Source: Clostridia bacterium
GTDB taxonomy: Bacteria; Bacillota; Clostridia; Christensenellales; QALW01
DNA: 64,000 nucleotides
Direction: 5' to 3'
Assembly: GCA_045600705.1 (NCBI GenBank)
Contig: JAZRYL010000078.1
Coordinates: forward strand, 3,699-67,698
The stretch's first letter is position 1; each line of letters starts with the position of its first letter. Below, in pieces: positions 18,921-27,327 of this stretch. The notes beneath the pieces are model-generated. The model made no database searches, was not told the DNA's origin, and was given only the letters and a program-made list of their open reading frames with translations. The position numbers were made by a program, and so were the translations under genes.

Positions 18921-19981
18921 TGCTTGATTCCTTTCATAACATCATATATTTTTTCAGCCATACGGAAAAATCCCAAATCGGAGGGATGAACACCGTCTAT
19001 TGTGCAATCGGTGTTATTCTTTCCGTCAAAGAGCGTTTCACCTGAAATAAAGTAAATGTTCTTATCGCCCCGCTTCACAAATTCGTTGTATGCGTCTTCA
19101 ACCACACCGTGGCGCCACGTTCTGAAGGGATGGTCGTAAATTGACGGATGCGAAAGCATTATTATGGGGATATCGGGGTGCTTGTCACGGATAACTTCCG
19201 TGAACGGAAGCAGAGTTTTTACTAAATGCTCCTTGGTGGGCGCATTGAAATCGTAATCGGAAACATACATTGACATATCAAGGTTGGCAATGTATTCGGC
19301 AACGGGAATTTCGCCTCTGCCGTTACCCGAAAAGCCTAAATTAAGGTAGTCTATGTTGTTCCTTCTTGCAATAATGTTTTGATAGCACATTCCGGGACGT
19401 GAAGCACATCCGCCCTGGGTGATGGAAGAACCGTAATATACAATTTTTTTGCCCGGCTCATAGGAATTTCCGGCAAATAAGGTGCAACCTTTTTTTATTC
19501 CGATTTTTACATATTTTACACCGTTATACAGGGGAAAATTAAGCGTATAATTCATCAACTTGTCGGCAACATAGAACGGAAGTTCGTGAACAAGCGCTTC
19601 ACCCTTTACCGGCGCACTGTTATTGTCCGGACGGTAGGAAAATGAAAAAATACTGTCATTTTCAAGGTCAGTGTAAAGGTCAAAGCCGGAGGCACCGGTA
19701 AGCGGCATGTTGGGATAAATACTGTCATACGTTAATTCCGCATATAACTTTATAAACGGCGAATCAGTGGAAAATCTGTAACGGATACCTGCGGTGCATA
19801 CGGCTAACCATTCAAGACGTTCGTTGATTGTTCTTGCAAAATCCGTATCAAAACGCAGATATCTTTCCTTGTCAAAGCAACCGTAAAGGTCACCCTGCGA
19901 TGAGAGAACGTCGTACCATTCTACATTTTCGTCCTCTTTTTCCACGGCGGCAAAATTTTTGTCAATATCTTTAATATCCAT
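18914..19981 (-). CDS. SGNH/GDSL hydrolase family esterase (cytoplasmic)
   Basis: GSSITQG serine block, GFSGNGRGE and DGVHPSD blocks. ATG at 19981 is preceded by AAAGGA. The ORF-track start at 20035 is likely an over-extension. Confidence 0.65.
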   Translation of the reverse strand: MDIKDIDKNFAAVEKEDENVEWYDVLSSQGDLYGCFDKERYLRFDTDFARTINERLEWLAVCTAGIRYRFSTDSPFIKLYAELTYDSIYPNMPLTGASGFDLYTDLENDSIFSFSYRPDNNSAPVKGEALVHELPFYVADKLMNYTLNFPLYNGVKYVKIGIKKGCTLFAGNSYEPGKKIVYYGSSITQGGCASRPGMCYQNIIARRNNIDYLNLGFSGNGRGEIPVAEYIANLDMSMYVSDYDFNAPTKEHLVKTLLPFTEVIRDKHPDIPIIMLSHPSIYDHPFRTWRHGVVEDAYNEFVKRGDKNIYFISGETLFDGKNNTDCTIDGVHPSDLGFFRMAEKIYDVMKGIKQC

Positions 19982-20105
19982 TTGCTTATATCCTTTCGTT
20001 AAACGGGAGATTATGTAATATTTTAACAAAATCAAAATGAGATGTCAATACAGATATAAATACAGATATAAATACAAGCCACACTAATATACTCAATATT
20101 CAATG

Positions 20106-20135
20106 TTGACATTTCTTTTTCATTTATGGTAAAAT
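20106..20135 (+). promoter_or_regulatory. Sigma-A type promoter with extended -10 (TTGACA-18-TGgTAAAAT)
   Basis: Hexamers at 20106-20111 and 20130-20135. Confidence 0.6.
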
Positions 20136-20206
20136 AGTTGGGAACGTAACAATATAAATCCGAGTCCGCTTGAATTTGCACTGTTACGTTAAACGGAGGT
20201 TGATAT

Positions 20207-21637
20207 ATGAAAAGATTTTTTTCATTTCTGCTTATAACGGCGCTTGCTTTCGGCATGCTCGGAACCGTGTCGTTTGCGGCGGGCGAAAACATCATTCCGG
20301 AAAAAGAAAGCACTATGGCGCCGGATAGCGCATGGGGGACAAAATTCGGTGGCGAACTGTTTTTCAGCGCTGTTGCACTTCGCGGCGATTCAAATAACAA
20401 GGTGCTTCACTTTACAAGAAAAAACGGAAGCAGCAAAAGTTGGTATTCGCCAACGCTTAATATTGCCGAATATCTTAAAAAAGATACGGCGGCAAACGGC
20501 GACGGAACATATAAAATCGAATTCGATTTTTGCATTACGGACGAAAACGGGGATGACGTAAATATCGGGTGCAAGTTCAGGGCGGATTCCGAGGCGTCGT
20601 TTGCAAAGGAAGCATCGGGAGATAAATCGGAATACCGTGGCGATGCGGGACGTATTGAGGTCAGCGGGGCAGACGGAAAATGGCATCATTTCGCCAACAG
20701 TTTTTCCTGCGAAAAAAATGATTTTAACAGTATGAAATCATTGCTTTTCTGCTTTGACGCATTTAAGGACACCACAACCGAGGTTTATCTTGACAATTTT
20801 TCAATAGTTCGCACGGGCAGCGAAAAGGTGACGGTTGAAAGAGGCACCGTTACCGAAATAGAGGGCGCTAAAATAGAAAGCCCGAAGGTAATTAAGCCGA
20901 GACCTCCGCAGAAATTTGAAGAAGATACTTCAAACTTGATTTCCGTTGCCGATTCCGAATTTGAAGTAAGTGATGTTTCAAAGACTACGTGGACCAAAAT
21001 GGGTTCTGCGGCAATAAAAATCGACGGCGAGGGACTTGAAGGCAAATGCTTATTTTCTTCAAATATTGCAAACAGTTGGTCATCACCAATGCTTGAAATT
21101 TCCCGCTATGTTGAATCCGCAGGAACATATTCATTCGGTATGATGATAAAATTCGATATCGAGGACGACAATAAGCACGATATTTCATTGATGATAAGAG
21201 GTAACGAAGCAAATTCGTTTATAACTCAGCACGGCGGAAATTTGTACAGTGATGCAACAAAATTCAAAATTCAAAGCGGAATATGGAACTTTATTTGCAT
21301 CGAATTCACCGTTACCGAGGACGACCTTCAGGCAATAAATAAGAAAACACAGTGGAACATCGCACTGAGTAATTTGCCCACCGGCATTAAATCAATAAAA
21401 ATTGATAACGCCGAAATGATAATGGCGGGCAAGGATTCGCTTTCACAAAAGGGCTCCGACAAAATTGCTGAGGCAAACAAGGAAGCCAACAAGGAACTTG
21501 TAAACAGTCGGGCGGAAAACACTCAAAAGGTGGAATTTGACGAAAGTCTGTTCAATGCAATGAAAACAACTGCCGTAATAACCGTAATTATTGCGGCGGT
21601 GGTAATATTTATCAAAATAAGAAAGGCAAAAAAATGA
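20207..21637 (+). CDS. Tail-anchored surface protein with two CBM-like beta-sandwich repeats
   Basis: Signal peptide, then two internally similar modules ending VYLDNFSIV and IKIDNAEMI, a CBM4_9/22-like pattern. The C-terminus is a TM helix plus KIRKAKK. Confidence 0.5.
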   Translation: MKRFFSFLLITALAFGMLGTVSFAAGENIIPEKESTMAPDSAWGTKFGGELFFSAVALRGDSNNKVLHFTRKNGSSKSWYSPTLNIAEYLKKDTAANGDGTYKIEFDFCITDENGDDVNIGCKFRADSEASFAKEASGDKSEYRGDAGRIEVSGADGKWHHFANSFSCEKNDFNSMKSLLFCFDAFKDTTTEVYLDNFSIVRTGSEKVTVERGTVTEIEGAKIESPKVIKPRPPQKFEEDTSNLISVADSEFEVSDVSKTTWTKMGSAAIKIDGEGLEGKCLFSSNIANSWSSPMLEISRYVESAGTYSFGMMIKFDIEDDNKHDISLMIRGNEANSFITQHGGNLYSDATKFKIQSGIWNFICIEFTVTEDDLQAINKKTQWNIALSNLPTGIKSIKIDNAEMIMAGKDSLSQKGSDKIAEANKEANKELVNSRAENTQKVEFDESLFNAMKTTAVITVIIAAVVIFIKIRKAKK

Positions 21638-23340
21638 AAAAACTTATAACTGCAATCGTAATACTTTCAATGATGCTTTCTACACTTTTTGTTGTCGTAA
21701 GCGCTGATGAAGAACAAACCACTGACCTTTTGTTCGCAGGAGCATTTGGCAACGATATGGTGCTTCAAAGAGATACCGAGGTAAATGTTTGGGGAACAAG
21801 CACAAAAATCGGAAAGACCGTAACCGTTTCCTTTAAGGGCAATACGGTTGAGGGAACTGTCGGCGAAGACGGAAAATGGAAGGTTCAACTTCCTAAAATG
21901 GAAAAAGACAAGAACGAAAACGACTTGGTTGCAACCTGCGACGGCGAAACCGTTACCCTTACGGGAATTTTAGTAGGCGACGTTTATCTTGTCGGCGGAC
22001 AGTCCAATGCTGAAAAATCGCTCAGTGCCTGCGGTACACTGTATTCAAAGGAATACAAGCAGTCACTTATTGACAAAAATGAAAATATGGTTAGATATTT
22101 CACTCAGGGAAAGGCAGATGCTACCAATCATCCCGAAACTATGGAAACTCCGCAGGAGAACCCCATAAAGGGCAAAAAGTGGAAAAAAGAAACGTCAACA
22201 TCTGCAAACTCTTTTTCTGCAATGGGATTTTTCTTCGCACACAAAGTAGCCACCGAACTTGACGTTCCCGTGGGAATGATTATGGTTTGCTCGGCAGGTT
22301 CACCCGTAAGCCAACTTATGAGCAAAGAAGCGTCGGAAGCAACGGGATACGACAGATTTGAAAATAACATTCCCGTTTCCGGAATGTACAATGCGCTGAT
22401 GAATCCGTTTATCAATATGACGGTTAAGGCAATGCTTTATTATCAGGGCGAAAGCGAGCAGGGACTTGCTAAATCGGATTACGGCAAATATAATGTATAT
22501 GTTAATGCGTATGTTGAAGATTTAAGAAGCAAAATGAATCAGCAATTGCCGTTCTTCTTTGTTCAGATTTCATCACACGACGGTCAGGGCTTAACAAGTT
22601 GGCCCAATATCGGACTTCAGAGAGCAGTACAGTTCGACGGACTTTCGGTAATTAAAAATTCGGGAATGATTGTTTCAATGGATCAGGGCTACCGTGCCGG
22701 AGAATCCGATTTCGCACATCCCAATTATAAGGAACCCGTAGGCAACCGTCTTGCGGACCTTGTACTTGCACGTCTTTTTAACGTGGGTGACGAAGAACAG
22801 GTAACTTCACCTATGCCCGATTATGCGTACAAGACCGATGAGGGAATCGTTATCCACTTCACGCACGTTGCAGGCGGACTTAAAAAGATCGGCAGTTTCG
22901 AAAAACTCACCGGCTTCAAAGCAGTTATCGCCGACGGTTCGTTCAGAGATGTAGACGCACAAATCATCAATGAAAATGAAGTTCTGCTTGATACCAAAGA
23001 AATCAGCGGAATCACTATCGGTGTAGGCTACGGCCTTGAAATTCTTGCATTCTCCGATTATGACGGCGATGCTAAATATATTGCAAACTTGGGCGGCGGA
23101 AACGATCTTCCTGCACCTACGTTCAAACTGACGAATATTCTTGATGAAAAACCGGGCGCTGCACCTGGCGAGAATACCGAAAATACAGACGTTACAACAG
23201 ACGGCGCTGAAAACGGCACGGTTGCTAAAGCAAACAATTCAACAGTATATATTATTATAGGTGTTGTTGCCGCAGTAGTTATCGTTGCAGGCGTTGTTAT
23301 TGCAGTAACAGCAGGCAAAAAGAAAAAAGAAAACAAATAA
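21634..23340 (+). CDS. Surface-anchored SASA/DUF303-family carbohydrate O-acetylesterase
   Basis: Signal peptide, a GGQSNAE serine block and a YYQGESE block typical of the sialate O-acetylesterase family. The C-terminus is a TM helix plus GKKKKENK. The start overlaps the upstream stop in an ATGA overlap. Confidence 0.7.
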   Translation: MKKLITAIVILSMMLSTLFVVVSADEEQTTDLLFAGAFGNDMVLQRDTEVNVWGTSTKIGKTVTVSFKGNTVEGTVGEDGKWKVQLPKMEKDKNENDLVATCDGETVTLTGILVGDVYLVGGQSNAEKSLSACGTLYSKEYKQSLIDKNENMVRYFTQGKADATNHPETMETPQENPIKGKKWKKETSTSANSFSAMGFFFAHKVATELDVPVGMIMVCSAGSPVSQLMSKEASEATGYDRFENNIPVSGMYNALMNPFINMTVKAMLYYQGESEQGLAKSDYGKYNVYVNAYVEDLRSKMNQQLPFFFVQISSHDGQGLTSWPNIGLQRAVQFDGLSVIKNSGMIVSMDQGYRAGESDFAHPNYKEPVGNRLADLVLARLFNVGDEEQVTSPMPDYAYKTDEGIVIHFTHVAGGLKKIGSFEKLTGFKAVIADGSFRDVDAQIINENEVLLDTKEISGITIGVGYGLEILAFSDYDGDAKYIANLGGGNDLPAPTFKLTNILDEKPGAAPGENTENTDVTTDGAENGTVAKANNSTVYIIIGVVAAVVIVAGVVIAVTAGKKKKENK

Positions 23341-23360
23341 TTAAAATACTTTAATAATTA

Positions 23361-23398
23361 AGAAGCGAAATCAACGGGGTTTCGCTTCTTTTCTTTTT
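23361..23398 (+). terminator. Intrinsic terminator
   Basis: AGAAGCGAAA ... TTTCGCTTCT followed by a T-rich tract. Confidence 0.8.
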
Positions 23399-23443
23399 GA
23401 TATAAAAACCAAAAATGAATTTTCGTTTTTTCAAAAAAAATAA

Positions 23444-23472
23444 TTGACAGAATTTATCAGGTGTTGTATAAT
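23444..23472 (+). promoter_or_regulatory. Sigma-A type promoter (TTGACA-17-TATAAT)
   Basis: Perfect consensus hexamers with a 17-nt spacer. Confidence 0.75.
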
Positions 23473-23617
23473 CATCAAGGTTAGTGAAGTTTTAAGTCGG
23501 TACTGTGATGCCGGCAAGTTTCAAATAATAGAATTATTATGCTATTTTTGGGTCTTGCTGTGCGTTCAGCAAGACCCTTTTTGCTTCACAATATAAAAAA
23601 TTACGGAGGAATATTTT
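23473..23617 (+). promoter_or_regulatory. Unclassified 5' leader with an intrinsic terminator (candidate attenuator or riboswitch)
   Basis: The terminator is GGGTCTTGCTG ... CAGCAAGACCC + TTTTT (23550-23582). Upstream, GGCAAGTTTCAAA (23513-23525) can pair with TTTGGGTCTTGCT (23547-23559) as an antiterminator. A CGGTA..TGCCG hairpin (23498-23513) overlaps that strand. Confidence 0.55.
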
Positions 23618-24961
23618 ATGAATCTTGTCTATGGTGTAAAAGACAAACCGAAATTCGGTCAGTTGATCGTTTTCGCATTCCAACAGTTGCTTGCAATTCT
23701 TGCTGCAACAATCGCAGTTCCGTCTATCGTCGGCAACGGTATGTCACAGTCGGCAGCACTTTTCGGTGCAGGTGTAGGAACACTCGTATATCTCCTTTTC
23801 ACTAAATTTAAGAGCCCTGTTTTCCTTGGTTCTTCATTCGCTTTCTTAGGCTCAATGTTCGCCGCTTTCGGCGGTGCGGCAAGTGCAAGCATCGGCTATG
23901 CAGGTATCCTTCTCGGTGCTGTGTTCGCAGGTCTTGTTTACGTTGTAATCGCACTTATCGTTAAATTCGCAGGTGTTAACTGGATCAACAAACTTATGCC
24001 CGCAGTTGTTATCGGCCCCACAGTTTCCATCATCGGTTTGTCCCTTGCAGGAAATGCAGTAGGCGATCTTCAGGTCGGCAAAGTTCTTGATGCAAACGGC
24101 GCATCAACTGCAAGCGTTTACGTTTGCCTTATCTGCGGTCTTGTAACACTCTTCACAGTTGTTCTTTGCTCGGTATTCGGCAAAAAGATGACCAAACTTA
24201 TCCCCTTCATCATCGGTATCATCGCAGGTTACGTTGTTGCTGCTGTATTCACCGTTATCGGAAATGCTACAAACAACGCAGCATTGATGGTTATCGACTT
24301 CTCAGTATTCAAGGATATGAAGGTTTTCGCAATTCCGGACTTCACATTCATCAAAGCATTTGAAGGCTTCAAGTCAATCAACGGCGAATATATCGCTACC
24401 GTTGCAGTTGCTTATATCCCCGTTGCATTCGTAGTATTCGCTGAACACATCGCAGACCACAAGAACCTTTCATCGGTTATCGGACAAGACCTTCTTACTG
24501 AACCCGGTCTTCACAGAACTCTTCTTGGTGACGGCGTAGGTTCAATGGCAGGTGCTTTCTTCGGCGGCTGCCCCAACACCACATACGGTGAATCGGTTGG
24601 TTGCGTTGCTATTACAGGAAACGCTTCAGTAGTAACAATTCTTACCACCGCTGTTATGGCTATCGTAATCTCATTCTTCGGACCTTTCGTAACATTCCTC
24701 GCTACCATTCCCAACTGCGTAATGGGCGGCGTTTGCATTACACTTTACGGCTTCATCGCTGTATCAGGTCTTAAGATGATTCAGAACGTAGACCTTGGCG
24801 ACAACAAAAACCTCTTTGTAGTTGCAGTAATCCTCATCTGCGGTATCGGCGGACTTTCAGTATCGTTCGGAAAGGTAACCCTTACCTCAATCGCTTGCGC
24901 TCTTATCCTCGGAATTATCACAAACGTAGTTCTTTCAAAAGCAAAGAGCGACAAGGAATAA
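23618..24961 (+). CDS. NCS2-family nucleobase permease, uracil permease-like
   Basis: Polytopic membrane protein with the NCS2 signature region PNTTYGESVGCVAITG, which is of the UraA/PyrP type. Confidence 0.8.
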   Translation: MNLVYGVKDKPKFGQLIVFAFQQLLAILAATIAVPSIVGNGMSQSAALFGAGVGTLVYLLFTKFKSPVFLGSSFAFLGSMFAAFGGAASASIGYAGILLGAVFAGLVYVVIALIVKFAGVNWINKLMPAVVIGPTVSIIGLSLAGNAVGDLQVGKVLDANGASTASVYVCLICGLVTLFTVVLCSVFGKKMTKLIPFIIGIIAGYVVAAVFTVIGNATNNAALMVIDFSVFKDMKVFAIPDFTFIKAFEGFKSINGEYIATVAVAYIPVAFVVFAEHIADHKNLSSVIGQDLLTEPGLHRTLLGDGVGSMAGAFFGGCPNTTYGESVGCVAITGNASVVTILTTAVMAIVISFFGPFVTFLATIPNCVMGGVCITLYGFIAVSGLKMIQNVDLGDNKNLFVVAVILICGIGGLSVSFGKVTLTSIACALILGIITNVVLSKAKSDKE

Positions 24962-24987
24962 GATACGGGTTTTTACAGACAGATTCA

Positions 24988-25017
24988 ACTCGCCGATTTT
25001 ATCGGCGAGTTTTTTTG
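24988..25017 (+). terminator. Intrinsic terminator
   Basis: CTCGCCGA ... TCGGCGAG followed by TTTTTTT. Confidence 0.8.
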
Positions 25018-25069
25018 TCCTTGAAATCGGAATTGATTTTTGTTATAATAATTTCAGAGGTGCTGATAA

Positions 25070-25645
25070 ATGATAAAAATTAAGACGGATGCAAAAATCG
25101 GCGAAGCGCTGATAAAAGAAATCAACCGATATATTGATGAAAACTATATAGGCGATGTTGCGGCACCGATTGTCGTTTTCAAAGAAAAATGTGCCAAGAC
25201 GAAAAGAAGTGCTGAAGTTACAGACAGTATGGCGGCAGGCAATGCTTGTCCCCTTTGCTGTGAAGAAGAAATTTTGCCGGAACTTGACCGTATTCTTGAA
25301 AACATTGACGAAAGTTTTTCACAGATGCTTTTCCGCAAAATTGATGAAAAGGGCATTACCGATGCGGAATGCTATAAAAAAGCAAACGTTGACAGAAAAC
25401 TGTTTTCCAAAATCAGAAGCAACGACAATTATAAGCCGGGAAAAACTACGGCAATCGCTTTTGCTCTTGCCCTTGAACTTTCGCTTGAAGAAACAAACAG
25501 TATGCTTCAAAAAGCGGGATATGCGCTTTCGCATAGCAGTAAATTCGACTTGATTGTTGAATACTTTATTATCAACGGAAAATATAACATCGGCGAAATC
25601 AATGAATGCTTGTATGCGTTCGACCAAAAACTTATCGGCTGTTAA
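25070..25645 (+). CDS. Hypothetical protein with a putative HTH-like C-terminal domain
   Basis: Shine-Dalgarno GAGGTG precedes the start. The C-terminal half ([23 protein letters not shown]...[28 protein letters not shown]) resembles XRE-like helix-turn-helix folds. The function is not assignable. Confidence 0.4.
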   Translation: MIKIKTDAKIGEALIKEINRYIDENYIGDVAAPIVVFKEKCAKTKRSAEVTDSMAAGNACPLCCEEEILPELDRILENIDESFSQMLFRKIDEKGITDAECYKKANVDRKLFSKIRSNDNYKPGKTTAIAFALALELSLEETNSMLQKAGYALSHSSKFDLIVEYFIINGKYNIGEINECLYAFDQKLIGC

Positions 25646-25689
25646 AATGTCGCATGGCAGGCGACCTGATAAAATTCAAAATAGGATAT

Positions 25690-25730
25690 AATGTGATTGT
25701 AAAAAAGAAAAACAATCACATTATTTTTTT
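25690..25730 (+). terminator. Intrinsic terminator immediately upstream of the vWA gene Shine-Dalgarno
   Basis: AATGTGATTGT ... ACAATCACATT followed by a T-run. Confidence 0.7.
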
Positions 25731-25744
25731 AGGAGGATTTTATT

Positions 25745-26386
25745 ATGGAAAACAATTTAACTGAACTTGTATTTATTCTTGACAGAAGCGGTTCTATGGC
25801 GGGACTTGAGTCGGACACGGTGGGCGGATTTAACAGTATGATTGAAAAACAGAAAAAGCAGGAGGGCGAATGTTTTGTTTCGACAGTGCTGTTCGATGAC
25901 CGTACGGAAGTGCTTCACGACAGAGTTAAGCTTTCCGAAATCAAAAAAATAACCGAGGAAGATTATTATGTTCGGGGATGCACGGCACTGATAGATGCTA
26001 TCGGAGGAGCAATTCATCATATTGAACATATCCACAAATATGCAAGAAAAGAGGATGTTCCGAACAAAACGGTGTTCGTTATTACCACCGACGGAATGGA
26101 AAATGCAAGCAAAAAGTATTCAAGCGACCAAGTGAAGAAGATGGTTGAAGCAAAAAAGGAAATCGGATGGGAATTTCTTTTTATCGGAGCAAACATTGAC
26201 GCTGTGGAAACGGCGGCACGGTTCGGAATAGACGAGGACCGTGCGGCAAATTACCGAGCAAGCAAGAAAGGAACGAGAATTCTGTATGACACTGTTGCGG
26301 ATGCGGTTGGGATGATGCGCTGTGAAAAGCCCATCGGTACAAAATGGAAAGAAGAAATCGAAGAGGATTGCAAAAACGGAAAGTAA
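25745..26386 (+). CDS. von Willebrand factor A (vWA) domain protein
   Basis: MIDAS-type motif DRSGSM (LVFILDRSGSMAG), a later TALIDAIG and VITTDGMEN. Confidence 0.75.
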   Translation: MENNLTELVFILDRSGSMAGLESDTVGGFNSMIEKQKKQEGECFVSTVLFDDRTEVLHDRVKLSEIKKITEEDYYVRGCTALIDAIGGAIHHIEHIHKYARKEDVPNKTVFVITTDGMENASKKYSSDQVKKMVEAKKEIGWEFLFIGANIDAVETAARFGIDEDRAANYRASKKGTRILYDTVADAVGMMRCEKPIGTKWKEEIEEDCKNGK

Positions 26387-26388
26387 TC

Positions 26389-26420
26389 GAAAATCTGCCG
26401 CTTGTCGGCAGATTTTTTTT
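26389..26420 (+). terminator. Intrinsic terminator
   Basis: AAATCTGCCG, loop CTTGT, CGGCAGATTT, then TTTTT. Confidence 0.85.
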
Positions 26421-26421
26421 G

Positions 26422-26450
26422 TTTGCAATTTGAAGTTATTTGTATTATAA
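26422..26450 (+). promoter_or_regulatory. Sigma-A type promoter (TTGCAA-17-TATAAT)
   Basis: Hexamers at 26422-26427 and 26445-26450, upstream of the LicD operon. Confidence 0.6.
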
Positions 26451-26487
26451 TTATAAAGTAATTTTTCACGAAATAAGGAGTTTTTAT

Positions 26488-27324
26488 ATGCAATACGATG
26501 ATGAAACCTTAGCAAAATTGAAAAATGTCGAACTTGAAATTCTTGAAAAATTCATAAAAGTGTGCGACAGTAACGGCATAAACTACTTTGTGGTATTCGG
26601 AACGGCGATAGGTGCGGAACGTCATAACGGATTTATTCCCTGGGATGACGACTTGGATGTTGCAATGCTTCGTGACGATTACAACAAATTCGTAAATATT
26701 TTTGAACAAATGGGCGAGCAGTACGAACTTATCACACCTGTTACAGAGCCTAAATATGCGTGCAGTGTTATTCACGTACAGAAAAAGAATACCAAATTCG
26801 TTTCCGAGGACGACGAAAAATGCGAATTCCAAAACGGAATAAATATGGATATTTTCGTTTACGATCCCATGAGCGACGACCCGAAAATCAAGCAAAAACA
26901 GCTTAGAAAATCGTGGCTTTACGGCCGACTTATTTTCCTTTCGGGAAAGGGCACTCCGCATGTTGAGGGAAGCGGCGTTAAAAAAGCACTTTTTAAGGCG
27001 ATATTTGCCGTTGCTCATTTCGGACTTCGTGTGTTGGGACTCACGTCGAAAAAACTTTACGAAAAACTTGAAGACGTGGCAATGAGCTGCGAAAATCAGG
27101 ACACAGAATATCTTGCTACATTTTGCAGTCCGTGGGCGGACCGTGAAAGCATTAAAAAAGAATACATTTTCCCGCTTAGGGATGTTAAATTTGAACATCT
27201 TACAGTAAAGGCACCTGCAAGGGACGACCTTGTACTGACACATACTTACGGAGATTATATGCAGCTTCCGCCGGTGGAACAGCGTGTTTCTCACAGACCG
27301 AAGTATATTGATTTCGGGGAGTAA
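26488..27324 (+). CDS. LicD-family phosphotransferase
   Basis: LicD block YFVVFGTAIGAERHNGFIPWDDDLDVAM. AAGGAG precedes ATG 26488, and the ORF-track start at 26440 is an over-extension. Confidence 0.75.
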   Translation: MQYDDETLAKLKNVELEILEKFIKVCDSNGINYFVVFGTAIGAERHNGFIPWDDDLDVAMLRDDYNKFVNIFEQMGEQYELITPVTEPKYACSVIHVQKKNTKFVSEDDEKCEFQNGINMDIFVYDPMSDDPKIKQKQLRKSWLYGRLIFLSGKGTPHVEGSGVKKALFKAIFAVAHFGLRVLGLTSKKLYEKLEDVAMSCENQDTEYLATFCSPWADRESIKKEYIFPLRDVKFEHLTVKAPARDDLVLTHTYGDYMQLPPVEQRVSHRPKYIDFGE

Positions 27325-27327
27325 ATT

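Noticed and set aside
23473-23617. A PyrR-binding attenuator or a purine (guanine/adenine) riboswitch upstream of the NCS2 permease.
   Set aside because: The PyrR loop consensus (UCCAGAGAGG) is absent. The only resemblance to the purine riboswitch is a short CAAGUUUC string, without the conserved J1/2, L2/L3 and J3/1 elements. I therefore left it unclassified rather than naming a family.
23539-23805. An 88-aa ORF overlapping the leader terminator and the start of the permease gene.
   Set aside because: It is out of frame with the permease, has no Shine-Dalgarno, and spans the terminator hairpin. It is best explained as non-coding leader plus a shadow frame.
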